Below, piece after piece: positions 31,540-42,215 of a stretch of DNA of 64,000 nt (its first letter is position 1; every line of letters starts with the position of its first letter). The stretch spans positions 331 through 64,330 of the forward strand of contig CAYSWQ010000002.1 of NCBI GenBank assembly GCA_964434885.1, in the 5' to 3' direction. The notes under the pieces are model-generated. The model saw nothing but the letters and a program-made list of their open reading frames with translations, did no database searches and had not been told where the DNA came from. Source of the stretch: an uncultured Methanosarcinales archaeon. GTDB lineage: Archaea; Nanobdellota; Nanobdellia; Woesearchaeales; GW2011-AR9. The translations under genes and the position numbers were made by a program.

Positions 31540-32338
31540 TTAACACTTGATTTACTATTAGGCTACCAAATGAATATTTTTCTTCTAAAACTTCTTCTTC
31601 CCCTTTAACCGAATAAACTTCATACACCAAGGGCAAACCATAAAAAATACCTACAGACATTCTTACAATTCTTTTATTTCCATCTACATATTCCAATACT
31701 GTAGCTTTTTTATTCTCGATTACTACTTGAGTAGTTGGTTTAGCTCTTGCATCAATATTTTGAATCAATGACCAAGGCTTTTTTATCAACTTTTCTTTAT
31801 CATAATTCAAAACATACTTCTTTTCTTCCAAACCACTACATAAAACAGATTTTGAATCACAATACCCCATAGCTGTTTTCTTATCTTCATCCAAATACAC
31901 TGCAGTATAAAAATCACTATCATTAAATTTAATTGGAGAAGTATAAACTTTTTTAGCTTTTAGTCCTTTAATATAAACCTGATGAACAGTTCCACCATAA
32001 TTTCCAAAAGTATCTTTTATCCGGGGTTGAAATAAATATTGGTAATTAGTAATCTCTTTACTTGTTGAAATCAACTTAGCTACTTCTTTATCTTTAGTTA
32101 TTTGTTCAGCAGCTTTACCCCAATCTACAGTTACGGTTTCTTTCTTTTCTACTACTTTGTTTTCCGTATTCTTTTCCACTGTATTTGATTTGTCTACTGA
32201 CATCAATTTATCTGAAGTACTTGTCTGTTTCTCTGTTGCACATCCAATCAAAAACAAAACTAAAATTAATCCGCAAATAAAAGTTATTTTTTTCATAAAA
32301 AGAAGAAAATAAAAAGAAATATAAAAAGTTAACTCCAA
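31517..32338 (-). CDS. lipoprotein (IGCATEKQ lipobox-like), hypothetical
   Basis: 273 aa with a signal peptide plus Cys. Overlaps the stop of the upstream 1033-aa gene. Confidence 0.5.
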   Translation of the reverse strand: MELTFYISFYFLLFMKKITFICGLILVLFLIGCATEKQTSTSDKLMSVDKSNTVEKNTENKVVEKKETVTVDWGKAAEQITKDKEVAKLISTSKEITNYQYLFQPRIKDTFGNYGGTVHQVYIKGLKAKKVYTSPIKFNDSDFYTAVYLDEDKKTAMGYCDSKSVLCSGLEEKKYVLNYDKEKLIKKPWSLIQNIDARAKPTTQVVIENKKATVLEYVDGNKRIVRMSVGIFYGLPLVYEVYSVKGEEEVLEEKYSFGSLIVNQVLTKDVVKN

Positions 32339-35300
32339 TATTCTGCTGTTACATACAATTGAGGGAGTCTTTGTTTCTCTGGATAAGAATACCTGAACAA
32401 AGTAGGTTTTCCAGTCAAAGTTCTATAAGTCATCTCTCCACCCATGCTTGTATATCCATAAAAAATATCTACTTTTCCTTCGGGAGTTAATAAAGGATTT
32501 AAAGTCTCATCCAAACCAAGTGTAGAAGTGATTATACCTGTTTGATCTCCTCGTAAACTCAAATTTATTACAGCTGGTTTCTGGTTATCATAATCATTAA
32601 TATTGGGCGTGGTAATGATTAAAGGAATAGATTCAGAAGTAGTCATAAATCTTCCAGGATAATATTCCCCTACTGTAATTTTTGCCCCATAACTATCTAC
32701 AATAAAAATTTGGGTACTTGCTATTTTGGTATCACCATTTAAATCAACTAAAATAGTAAAATCTTTAGCAGATTTTGTTGAAAAATTTTCTACCTTAAAT
32801 GAATGGCCTCCCAATTTAATTGTTGTTACATCTTTTCCAGACACAGTATTAACAGAATATTCTAATGTATTTCCATCTCCTAAATTTTTAAATTTAATTT
32901 TAGGAGCAGTTGTTGAACTCTTATCTGCTCCTAAATATTGTAAAGCATAAGATTTAGCTGTCCCTTTTATGACATCTCCACCAGTAACTACAAAATAATC
33001 ATTTTTACGAATAGTTGCATCTTCTTTCAAGATCAATAATTTATCAAATGCACTTCCTCCTTCACTTAACTGGATAAATCCTTTACTAGCAGTATAGGCC
33101 AAAGGCATATCAACTTGCTTATCACTTCCATCATACCACACCAAATTATACCTCCCATTATTAGGTGCATACAAAGTAATATTATTAGTTTTCTCTTGAG
33201 TCAATCCTTTATACTCAACATCCCAGTTATTAGTAAACAACACTTCTTTCTCTTCTCCAACTGATGTAATAACTTCACTCAATTTCTTACCTGCTCCAAC
33301 ATAGTAATTATCTTGTGCAATCATTTCTATTTGAATCATAGAAATCTTAACTTTTTTGTTATCATCAGAACCTGTGATAATTACATTTGCCCCATCTATA
33401 GACTCACCATTAACTGTTAACTCTGTAGAATAACCACTATCAGTAATATCATTATCTTTTAAAACATAATTCATCGCTCCCAAATAAAAACTTGCTCGAT
33501 GAACTCCGCCTGCATAAGCTTGATATAAAATATCACTAACACCTAAATAACGTCCATCTTTCAATTTATGCATTTCCCCTACTTTCAATTTACTAGTAGT
33601 TTGTCCATTAACTTTAAACTGAACTTCATCAGAATCCATGAATACTAAATCAACCTGGTAGGCTTTACCCGCCATAGTATAACTCTTTCCTTTTCCCTCT
33701 AATAAAATTCCACTTTCTGAACCCCCCATCAAAGTCAATTCTACATCTTTTGATGTTGATCTTCTAGCTTTAACCAATGAAAAAATTTCACCCATCATCT
33801 GTATTTTAGTATCTTCAAAAAATTCCAATATCTTCCCATTAGAATCTGCTAATCCAGAAGAATTATAGATCAAACTTTCTGCATCTTTTTGAAATTCCAA
33901 ACTATACTTAGCAATTTGGTCACCCATTTTAATAAAAAAGAAATCGGCAGTAATATCATCATCACTTTCAGCATATTTTACCAAATTACTGTTATCTTGT
34001 TTCTTAAAATAAAGATACTGAGCATAATCAAATTTACTTTTATCTGCTGTTACATAAGTTCCATCTTCTAAAGCTTTCAAATCACCTTTATGCAAAAAAT
34101 CAGCAATATCATAAATAGTCTCTCCTTTCATATATGAAGGAGTAATATTATTATTAGCCATCTCCAATTTTTTAGAATTAGTCTCTACTTTCCAAGATTC
34201 AGTTTTCTTAGTTAAAGATTTTTTCACACAAGCACTAAAATCAAAAGCACTACAATCTGATTTACAATAAACATTTCCACCGATATAATCCATAGAATGA
34301 TCAGTACACAAACTATCTCCCACTAAATCGGTTCCATCACAAATCTCTTGACCTTCTTGTTTGTTGTTTCCGCAAGTAAATGTGGCAGTTATTTTTTCCG
34401 TTCCCTTATAAGTATATCCTTCTTTTTTAGCCATTAATCTACAAACTTCTTCATTAACAACTGGGTAACGGCCTGCTCCGACACACATTGTATTAATGTT
34501 AAAACCCTTATAAAATGTTGCTTCACTTTTTGAATGATCCAAACAACAAGTTGGTTTATTGTTTTCTAGAGTGCATGGCTCTCCTGCTTTGTATACTTCA
34601 CCTGTAGCTGGCCCACAATCAGAATCATGGCAATCTATGTATTCATCCCCATCATTATCTATCCCATCAGCACAAAGCTTCTCTGTTTTTATTGGAGATG
34701 GTGCAGCAACTTTCTTCATCATACCCCAGCTAAATGAAGATTCTGCTGGAACATCATCACCAGCACAATAGATTTTATTGATATCATTAATAAATCCTTT
34801 AGGATCAATCTTGAAATCCACAGCAATAATACCTTTAGTTTGTCCACAATCCCAAAATTTATTTCCATTAGGTTCGCCTGAATTCTCATTAACTCCTTGA
34901 TTTCCACCACAAAAACCTTTAATTTGGTGCATTTGTAAATCATTATTATAATTTCCTTGCAATCCAGTTAAAGGGTCATTTCCACAATCAAAGTTAAAAG
35001 TAGCTGTTCCTTTTGTACCTATTACTTCTGAACTTGATCCTTTATCACATTTAATTTGAAATTGACCAACTAACTTATAATTATGTTTACCAGAAAAACT
35101 TAACGCAGATTCACCAGAAGGACATTTGGTTATGATATTTTGATATCCTCTTGCATATTCTAAACAAGTTTCTTCACATTTAGCCACTTTTTCAGGTGGT
35201 AAATCCCAACAATTTTTATTTTGGGGTTGCATACATAAATCTAATTTCTCCCAACAACCAGGAGTTTGATCGCAAGCTTCCCAATCTTTGAAAAAAATTG

Positions 35301-35430
35301 CTTTTCCAGATAATGCTTTCTTACCTGTTTTAGAAGTCGTACTTTTCGAACACCCAACCAAAATCAAAGAAATCACCAACAAACCTATTAATAAAAACAT
35401 ATAACTTTTTTTCATCTTAATACACCTCAT
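32329..35430 (-). CDS. large secreted/cell-surface protein with Cys-rich N-terminal third, hypothetical
   Basis: 1033 aa, signal peptide plus LVGCSK. About 40 Cys in the first 400 aa, then a beta-rich, Thr/Ser/Gly/Asp-rich remainder. Confidence 0.55.
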   Translation of the reverse strand: MRCIKMKKSYMFLLIGLLVISLILVGCSKSTTSKTGKKALSGKAIFFKDWEACDQTPGCWEKLDLCMQPQNKNCWDLPPEKVAKCEETCLEYARGYQNIITKCPSGESALSFSGKHNYKLVGQFQIKCDKGSSSEVIGTKGTATFNFDCGNDPLTGLQGNYNNDLQMHQIKGFCGGNQGVNENSGEPNGNKFWDCGQTKGIIAVDFKIDPKGFINDINKIYCAGDDVPAESSFSWGMMKKVAAPSPIKTEKLCADGIDNDGDEYIDCHDSDCGPATGEVYKAGEPCTLENNKPTCCLDHSKSEATFYKGFNINTMCVGAGRYPVVNEEVCRLMAKKEGYTYKGTEKITATFTCGNNKQEGQEICDGTDLVGDSLCTDHSMDYIGGNVYCKSDCSAFDFSACVKKSLTKKTESWKVETNSKKLEMANNNITPSYMKGETIYDIADFLHKGDLKALEDGTYVTADKSKFDYAQYLYFKKQDNSNLVKYAESDDDITADFFFIKMGDQIAKYSLEFQKDAESLIYNSSGLADSNGKILEFFEDTKIQMMGEIFSLVKARRSTSKDVELTLMGGSESGILLEGKGKSYTMAGKAYQVDLVFMDSDEVQFKVNGQTTSKLKVGEMHKLKDGRYLGVSDILYQAYAGGVHRASFYLGAMNYVLKDNDITDSGYSTELTVNGESIDGANVIITGSDDNKKVKISMIQIEMIAQDNYYVGAGKKLSEVITSVGEEKEVLFTNNWDVEYKGLTQEKTNNITLYAPNNGRYNLVWYDGSDKQVDMPLAYTASKGFIQLSEGGSAFDKLLILKEDATIRKNDYFVVTGGDVIKGTAKSYALQYLGADKSSTTAPKIKFKNLGDGNTLEYSVNTVSGKDVTTIKLGGHSFKVENFSTKSAKDFTILVDLNGDTKIASTQIFIVDSYGAKITVGEYYPGRFMTTSESIPLIITTPNINDYDNQKPAVINLSLRGDQTGIITSTLGLDETLNPLLTPEGKVDIFYGYTSMGGEMTYRTLTGKPTLFRYSYPEKQRLPQLYVTAEYWS

Positions 35431-35503
35431 TTTAAACTTATTATTTTAATAATAATAATAATAGAATTATTTTTTTATTTATAACTATTTCGATAATTAA
35501 AAA

Positions 35504-36604
35504 TCAATCAACAACCTTAAAACCTTTAAACCTCAAAATCTTACGCACCGAAGCATCAATTCTATCTTCATCAATCTCTCCTTTCCATACTGCTTTCTCA
35601 ATTACTTTGATCATATTGTAAATTTCATTAGGATCAGTATTAAAATTCAAAATCACATCAGAACCAGCTTTAAAAACATCAACATACATTGCATCTAAAG
35701 TAGGATAAAATCGTTTCATTCCTTGCATATTAATCTCATCACTAACAATCAATCCTTTAAAACCAACATCTTTTTTCAAATGATCAATTATCCTTTTAGA
35801 AGCCACTGAAGGTTTACCTTCTGAATTAACTTTTCCATAAGTAATTAAATGACTTACCATCACTGCTTTAGTACTCGAACGCTCAGATAATTTCCTATAA
35901 GGATACAAATCATTATTATTAATTTCTGCTGCTGCCAAATATTTATGGGGATCTTTAATTACCAATGTTTGTCCTGGGTAATGTTTAATAGTTCCAGTTA
36001 TCCCTTCATCTTGTAAACCTAAAATATATGAATTAGCCAATTCCGAAATATTTTCTTTTCCTCCAGGAAAATTTCGACATTTCCAAATCTGGTCATCTAA
36101 ATCAACTACTGGTGCAAAATTAACAGTAACTCCTAACTCTTTCAAATATTTCCCTTCTAACTTACCTTTTTCAAAAGCTTGGCCCACTGTTGTTATATTT
36201 CGAGCTGCCGTAAAATTTCGGTAATGGGCAAAAGGATTAACACATCCTTCTAAATCCACAGTTACCATAAAAGGAACTTTCATTTCTTTTTGAAAATGAG
36301 TTATAGTATTTTTAAACACTTTTTCATTAGCCAAAGTATGTAAATGGATCCCTCCCACTTGCATCTTCTTCAATGCTTCCGAATAATACTTAACTCCCAA
36401 CACCACTGTCATTTGCGCAATTTTCTGTTGCAAACTCAAATCATCTAAATCTATTGTATTATCTACAATAATAGGTCCTGGTTGTCGCGGAACAAAAAAA
36501 CCTTTGCTCTGTCCAAAAACTAATAAAACTAAAACAATATTCAAAATTACTAAAACTACAAATAATAAATAACTCTTGTCAAATCTTCCTCTTTTTTTTA
36601 CCAT
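35504..36604 (-). CDS. glycoside hydrolase family 3 beta-N-acetylhexosaminidase (NagZ-like)
   Basis: IKHYPGQ and GFKGLIVSDEINMQGM match the GH3 KHFPGHG / D-nucleophile region. N-terminal TM anchor. Confidence 0.8.
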   Translation of the reverse strand: MVKKRGRFDKSYLLFVVLVILNIVLVLLVFGQSKGFFVPRQPGPIIVDNTIDLDDLSLQQKIAQMTVVLGVKYYSEALKKMQVGGIHLHTLANEKVFKNTITHFQKEMKVPFMVTVDLEGCVNPFAHYRNFTAARNITTVGQAFEKGKLEGKYLKELGVTVNFAPVVDLDDQIWKCRNFPGGKENISELANSYILGLQDEGITGTIKHYPGQTLVIKDPHKYLAAAEINNNDLYPYRKLSERSSTKAVMVSHLITYGKVNSEGKPSVASKRIIDHLKKDVGFKGLIVSDEINMQGMKRFYPTLDAMYVDVFKAGSDVILNFNTDPNEIYNMIKVIEKAVWKGEIDEDRIDASVRKILRFKGFKVVD

Positions 36605-36614
36605 CTAACAACCT

Positions 36615-37106
36615 CTAAAACAGGTAATCAAAATAACCTTCTTTTTTACAATAATTATATTGTTTATTATTTACTAAAAATTGAATCGTTCCTTCTCCCA
36701 CATAACATTTCTTATCCACTTTTGCCCCTTTTCCATTAACCATAAGATTCTTATTCCAAGGTTCACATTTTAATTGTTTTTGTAATTCTGCACAACAAAC
36801 TGGAACATCAAATAAAAAATTATTCTCTCCTTCATAACTAGTAATACAAACTGGCACAGATTGATCAAACCAGTATGCTGCCTTACCTAAAGAAGGCATC
36901 TTGGCTCCAATTAAATAAGAAAACAACACCATTGCAGTAAGAATCAAAGCAATATTCAAAATCATCAAATTCTTTTTATTATTAATATATAAAAAACTAA
37001 AATTCTGCTTTTTTTTAACCTTTTTTTTACCCATTAAGTTGTGATAATCTTTTTCCCTATTTAAAATTACCGAAAAAAAGTATGAATTTAAATCATTCAA
37101 AACCAA
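36615..37106 (-). CDS. membrane-anchored Cys-containing protein, hypothetical
   Basis: 163 aa with one TM helix, cotranscribed upstream of the GH3 gene. Confidence 0.4.
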   Translation of the reverse strand: MVLNDLNSYFFSVILNREKDYHNLMGKKKVKKKQNFSFLYINNKKNLMILNIALILTAMVLFSYLIGAKMPSLGKAAYWFDQSVPVCITSYEGENNFLFDVPVCCAELQKQLKCEPWNKNLMVNGKGAKVDKKCYVGEGTIQFLVNNKQYNYCKKEGYFDYLF

Positions 37107-37138
37107 AAATATATAAATCCCCTCCCAATTTAGTTTTT

Positions 37139-37375
37139 ATGAAAGTAAATATCTACACTAATCCTCATTGTCCTCATTCAAAGAAAACTTTAACTTTCTT
37201 CAGAAGAAGAAAAATTAAATTCGAGGAATTAACATTATTCAAAGAAGCCCAAAATAGATTTGATGTTATCTATAAAACTGGAATGATGTCTACCCCTGTA
37301 ATTGAAATTGATGATGAGATAGTAGTTGGTTTTAATGAACCAAGATTAAAAACTCTTTTGAAAAAAAAGAAATAA
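37139..37375 (+). CDS. glutaredoxin-like small redox protein (CPHS motif)
   Basis: MKVNIYTNPHCPHSKK...TPVIEIDDEIVVGF is a thioredoxin/glutaredoxin fold pattern. Start taken at the ATG at 37139. Confidence 0.55.
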   Translation: MKVNIYTNPHCPHSKKTLTFFRRRKIKFEELTLFKEAQNRFDVIYKTGMMSTPVIEIDDEIVVGFNEPRLKTLLKKKK

Positions 37376-37377
37376 CC

Positions 37378-38319
37378 CTATAATTCTTGTAATATTTTTT
37401 CTGGATCTTCTCCTTCAAAAATAATTCTATACAATCCACCAATCAAAGGTAATTCTAAATCAAATTTTTCTTTTAATTTGGGTACTTCGCCCAATAAATT
37501 AATTCCTTCTACTACCATATTCATCTCTTTAATTACTTCATCTATTTTTCGACCTTTACCTACTTCCTTACCAACTGTTCGATTTCTTGAATGTTCACTA
37601 GTACAAGTAACAATTAAATCTCCTAATCCTCCTAATCCAGAAAAAGTTTCTTCTTTTGCTCCCCACTTCATTCCAACTTGTTTAATTTCTTCCAAACCTT
37701 TAGTCATTACATACGCTTGAGCATTATCTCCCAATCCCATTCCATCCAAAACCCCAATAAAAACAGCCAAAATATTTTTTAATGCAGCCGCCACTTGTAC
37801 ACCAATTAAATCTTCTGTCAAATCAACTTTTAGATTATCACTTTCAATCTCTTTTTTCAATTCTTGATCTTCTGAACCTGCCAATACAATTCCACTAAAC
37901 ATCCCTTTCCCTACTTCTTCTGCATGTGTTGGACCATATAAACAATAAACTTTTCCTTTAACTTTTTCACTCACTATCTCACTTAACAATTTTAATTCTT
38001 TACCAAAACCTTTCGAGCAGATAAAAATCGGCTGTTCTCCAATAAATTTCGCAGCTTTCTCCATTGTAATCTCAATTTTACTAGAAGGTACCACTAACAA
38101 AACCATATCACTATCTGACAAAACCTCTTCCATTTCATTAGAAACAAAAATATTATCCAATAATTTAACTTGAGGTAACAAAGGGCAAACTCTATTTTCC
38201 TGCATTTCTTTAACTTGTTCTAAAAAGAATTCCCAAATCTTAATATCATGTCCTTTTCGAGCTAAATGCATAGCTAAAGCAGTTCCCCAACTTCCTCCAC
38301 CTAAAATAGCAATTTTCAT
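37378..38319 (-). CDS. gpsA: NAD(P)H-dependent glycerol-3-phosphate dehydrogenase (bacterial GpsA type)
   Basis: MKIAILGGGSWGTALA Rossmann N-terminus, 313 aa, co-linear with bacterial GpsA. Confidence 0.85.
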   Translation of the reverse strand: MKIAILGGGSWGTALAMHLARKGHDIKIWEFFLEQVKEMQENRVCPLLPQVKLLDNIFVSNEMEEVLSDSDMVLLVVPSSKIEITMEKAAKFIGEQPIFICSKGFGKELKLLSEIVSEKVKGKVYCLYGPTHAEEVGKGMFSGIVLAGSEDQELKKEIESDNLKVDLTEDLIGVQVAAALKNILAVFIGVLDGMGLGDNAQAYVMTKGLEEIKQVGMKWGAKEETFSGLGGLGDLIVTCTSEHSRNRTVGKEVGKGRKIDEVIKEMNMVVEGINLLGEVPKLKEKFDLELPLIGGLYRIIFEGEDPEKILQEL

Positions 38320-38358
38320 CTCACAGAAAAAAATTCATTAGTTTAAATAATTATGCAA

Positions 38359-38832
38359 CTACTCTTTCACAATAACCTTTCCCGTTCTTCCTTTAATTAC
38401 TAAATCAACATAATCATATTTTCCTGCTTTAGAAAAGTTCCAAGTAAAATAATCTTTAGGTTCCAAAAGTTTACTTCTTAACTCTTCTGCCTCTCTAACT
38501 CCCGCAATCATTGATTTAAAAAAAGCATGTTTGTTTTTCCAAACAATTGGTTGCCCAACTTCAACTTCTACTGAAGAAGGAACAAACCCTTTTTCAGTAA
38601 TTTCAATTATAACTGGTTCTAATTTTTTCACTGGTTTTTCTACTTCTATAGCCACCAATTTATCTTCAGGAATGCTTCCATCATTAGTAACAGTAATATT
38701 AAACTTTTTTAATGGACTCAAACCAAAAAAACTATATGGATCATACTCAAAATAAAAATTATATGCTCCATTACCGGCAATAACTAAAAATCCAACTGCT
38801 AATAAAATTATCAACAAGATTAATTTTTTCAT
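38359..38832 (-). CDS. secreted protein, hypothetical
   Basis: 157 aa with a signal peptide. Confidence 0.4.
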   Translation of the reverse strand: MKKLILLIILLAVGFLVIAGNGAYNFYFEYDPYSFFGLSPLKKFNITVTNDGSIPEDKLVAIEVEKPVKKLEPVIIEITEKGFVPSSVEVEVGQPIVWKNKHAFFKSMIAGVREAEELRSKLLEPKDYFTWNFSKAGKYDYVDLVIKGRTGKVIVKE

Positions 38833-38956
38833 CCTCTTTTTTCACCTAAGATTAAGTAAACTAACTTGAATTATAAAGTTTTCTAATTTAAATCTTATTA
38901 TATTATATATTTCCCCAACCAATAATCTTTATTAAGCAAATCTGGCTCCTTCTGAT

Positions 38957-40558
38957 ATGCAAACCAAATATATCATCGTTACTGGCGGAGTTCTTTCTGG
39001 ATTAGGCAAAGGTGTTGCCGCCGCATGTATTGGGCATCTTTTAAAATCAAGATTAAAAATTGTTCCGATGAAATTAGATGGTTATCTTAACGTTGATCCT
39101 GGAACTATGAATCCAATTGAACACGGAGAAGTTTTTGTTTTGGATGATGGTGGAGAAGTAGACATGGATTTTGGTCATTATGAAAGATTTCTTGATATCA
39201 CTTGTAAATTTGAATGGAACTTAACCATGGGTAAAGTTTTCGAAGAAGTTAGAAAAAAAGAAAGAAAAGGAGATTTTTTAGGTCAAACAGTTCAATATAT
39301 TCCTCATGTTGTTAATGCCATTAAAGAAAAACTAATCACAACCGCAGAAAAAGAAAAGGCAGACATTATGTTGATTGAAATTGGTGGTACTGTTGGAGAT
39401 ATTGAAAATGAACTTTACATTGAAGCTGCTCGACAATTAAAAAGTGAAATTGGTAGGGAAAATATCTTATATGTTCATCTTACTTATGTACCAATTCCTT
39501 CTAATGTTAATGAACAAAAATCAAAACCCACCCAACAAAGTGTTAAAATGTTAAGTGAAAGAGGAATTCAACCAGATATTGTTATTGGCCGGTCTGAAGA
39601 ATATCTCACTGAAAAAATAAAAAGTAAAATAGCTACTTTTTGTGGTGTACAAAAAGAAGAAGTTATTAGTGGAGTAGATGTTGATAATGTTTACAAAATT
39701 CCATTAATTTTTGATCAAGAAGGAATTAATGAAATCGCTCACCGTAAACTAAGACTTTATAGTCCTCCTGATCTAAGTGATTGGAAAAGATTGGTCAACA
39801 ACTTAGATAATTTAGAAAGTGAAATTACTATTGCTATTTGTGGAAAATATACGAAATTAGAAGATTCTTACGCTAGCATCATTGAAGCTTTAATGCATTG
39901 TTCAGCCCAAACCAAACACAAAATTAACCTAAAATGGATTGAAACTACAGAAATAGAAAAAAGAAACCTTACTGTTCAAGAAGCATTAGAAGGAGTACAA
40001 GGAATCATTGTTCCTGGTGGTTTTGGTAGTCGGGGTACTGAGGGGAAAATTGAGGTAATCAAATATGTCCGTGAAAACAATATCCCTTTTTTAGGGATTT
40101 GTTTAGGATTACAACTAGCAGTTATTGAATATGCCAGGAACATTTGTGATATTGAACAAGCTCATTCTACAGAAATAAATCCAGAAACCTTAAACCCTGT
40201 TGTTGATATCTTACCTGAACAAAAAGAAGTCACTGAAAAAGGTGGCACCATGAGATTAGGTGCTTACTCTGCAATTTTAACTGAAGAGTCTCTAGCTTTC
40301 AAACTTTACCAACAAAAAGAAGTTTCCGAACGTCATCGCCATCGGTATGAAGTTAATCCCGATTATCATAACCAATTAAAACAAGCTGGCTTGGTAATTT
40401 CTGGTCTTTCTCCTAATGGCAGACTAGCAGAATTCATCGAACTAAAAGATCACCTTTATTTCATTGCCACTCAAGCTCATCCAGAATTAAAATCAAAACT
40501 CTTGAAACCTGCGCCATTGTTCTTTGGTTTAGTTAAAGCAGCAATAAAAAAGAAATAA
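38957..40558 (+). CDS. pyrG: CTP synthase
   Basis: MQTKYIIVTGGVLSGLGKG N-terminus. C-terminal glutaminase with the GICLG Cys. Confidence 0.93.
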   Translation: MQTKYIIVTGGVLSGLGKGVAAACIGHLLKSRLKIVPMKLDGYLNVDPGTMNPIEHGEVFVLDDGGEVDMDFGHYERFLDITCKFEWNLTMGKVFEEVRKKERKGDFLGQTVQYIPHVVNAIKEKLITTAEKEKADIMLIEIGGTVGDIENELYIEAARQLKSEIGRENILYVHLTYVPIPSNVNEQKSKPTQQSVKMLSERGIQPDIVIGRSEEYLTEKIKSKIATFCGVQKEEVISGVDVDNVYKIPLIFDQEGINEIAHRKLRLYSPPDLSDWKRLVNNLDNLESEITIAICGKYTKLEDSYASIIEALMHCSAQTKHKINLKWIETTEIEKRNLTVQEALEGVQGIIVPGGFGSRGTEGKIEVIKYVRENNIPFLGICLGLQLAVIEYARNICDIEQAHSTEINPETLNPVVDILPEQKEVTEKGGTMRLGAYSAILTEESLAFKLYQQKEVSERHRHRYEVNPDYHNQLKQAGLVISGLSPNGRLAEFIELKDHLYFIATQAHPELKSKLLKPAPLFFGLVKAAIKKK

Positions 40559-40563
40559 AAAAA

Positions 40564-41688
40564 TTAAGAACAAAACCCATTCTGACATTTTGTTCCTGTT
40601 GGACATGATTTAAGCGTCTCCACCTGCCCCGATTTATAACCAAACCCGTCAGAATAGCAAGTATGTGCCTCTACTACTGAACCTGTACATTTGTAAATTT
40701 TCTTGCCGGCCTCACATTTTTCAAAACAACCCAGACCATATTCCCCATAGGATTTTTTTGCGCAAGTAAAACTTTTAGCTTTTACTAATTGATTATTTGT
40801 GCGGCCGTATGTATGTGGATATTTAAGAGATTTTACACTTGTACAATCAAAATCAAATTTATTAATCTCACCAGTACAAGAATTCTTAGTACGATTAATC
40901 AATACATTATTCTCACATTTCAATTCGTCTTGCTTGATATCACAACATCCATGATCTTCATGACAAGCATCAGATAATTTTTTCCAACTCCAACCACAAT
41001 GGTTGGGTGATTTATCAGTTTCTACACCACAAGTCTCATTATAATACTTGGGATAAGCCAAAAAATTATAATTCTCTTCCTTACAAGTCCATTTTCCAGT
41101 CAAAGTCCCATTTACACACTTCCCAGGTATTCCGGTTGGCCCTTCGGGCAAATCAATACAGGACCCTTCAAAACACTGCTTACCAGTATCACAATCTTTA
41201 TCTGTAATACAAGGCAAACTAAACTCATGGGCCATCCACTGATTACCATGACAATTCCATTTACCCGATACTTTCTTACAAGCATACGCCACAACATATC
41301 CTTTCCCTCCAGGAAATTTATCTTTACTAATGTCTACAGAAGCCGTAGCAGTACCTTGAATCCAATTCTTAACTGCTGTTCCTGTAAACTTAAATGTTTT
41401 CCAGGCCCCGATCTTGTCGTAATAATACCCAGTATTGTAAACATAAGTTTCTCCAGCAATCTTAACTGCCATTTTATCTCCAAACTTATAAGAATCTTTA
41501 TCAATTGTAAATGAGCCTTTAGGATCAGCATAATTCTGTTTCTGTAATCCTGCACTGTATGCCTGACCAGCTAATGCAGTTTTAGTCTTTCCTGGTTTAC
41601 TGGGATCTGGTGGCAAAGTACTATCAGTAGTACAAGCCATTAATAACATACTCATTGCTAACAAACAAACTAATATTATTTTTTTCAT
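40564..41688 (-). CDS. Cys-rich secreted lipoprotein, hypothetical
   Basis: 374 aa, MLLMACTTDS lipobox-like. More than 30 Cys in the C-terminal two-thirds. Confidence 0.5.
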   Translation of the reverse strand: MKKIILVCLLAMSMLLMACTTDSTLPPDPSKPGKTKTALAGQAYSAGLQKQNYADPKGSFTIDKDSYKFGDKMAVKIAGETYVYNTGYYYDKIGAWKTFKFTGTAVKNWIQGTATASVDISKDKFPGGKGYVVAYACKKVSGKWNCHGNQWMAHEFSLPCITDKDCDTGKQCFEGSCIDLPEGPTGIPGKCVNGTLTGKWTCKEENYNFLAYPKYYNETCGVETDKSPNHCGWSWKKLSDACHEDHGCCDIKQDELKCENNVLINRTKNSCTGEINKFDFDCTSVKSLKYPHTYGRTNNQLVKAKSFTCAKKSYGEYGLGCFEKCEAGKKIYKCTGSVVEAHTCYSDGFGYKSGQVETLKSCPTGTKCQNGFCS

Positions 41689-41715
41689 TTTTTATCACCT
41701 TTTTTTAAACTATCT

Positions 41716-42183
41716 TCAATAGTTTCCTCTTTGTTGGTATTGTTGTTGATATTGAGAATTGTTTTCCGGAGGTCTTGGAGGTTCTCGGTTAACATAAGAA
41801 TAACCCAAAAAACCAATTATCCCAATAATTAAAACCAAAAGAACAAAATTAGGTACTGAAAAGAAACCCGAATTGGCCTCCAAAGTCTTTATTTTTTTCT
41901 CCAAAGCTCCAACTCTTTTTTTCAAATTAATCACTTCTAATTTTAAATCTCCCGATAAAGTTGTTTCAGAAACTGTTGGTGTTGAAGTTGTCGGCACCAC
42001 CGAAGGAGAAGCAGTTTTTGCTGTTGTAGTACTGGAACTTCCAAAACCACCTGGTGCCGGGGGAGGTGGAGGTGGTAAAGCCACCACCGAATAAAAACCA
42101 ATCAAAAAAATTATGAACATAACTAAAGCAATCACCTTTTTCATACTTAAAGGAAATTTCATTAGTATATAATTATTTCGCAA
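41716..42183 (-). CDS. Pro/Thr/Ser-rich membrane protein with C-terminal TM helix, hypothetical
   Basis: PPPPPPAPGG then a TTAKTASPSVVPTTSTPT linker, coiled region, C-terminal TM. Confidence 0.4.
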   Translation of the reverse strand: MRNNYILMKFPLSMKKVIALVMFIIFLIGFYSVVALPPPPPPAPGGFGSSSTTTAKTASPSVVPTTSTPTVSETTLSGDLKLEVINLKKRVGALEKKIKTLEANSGFFSVPNFVLLVLIIGIIGFLGYSYVNREPPRPPENNSQYQQQYQQRGNY

Positions 42184-42215
42184 ACTTTAAATAAAAATCA
42201 TTTCTTCTCAATCAA

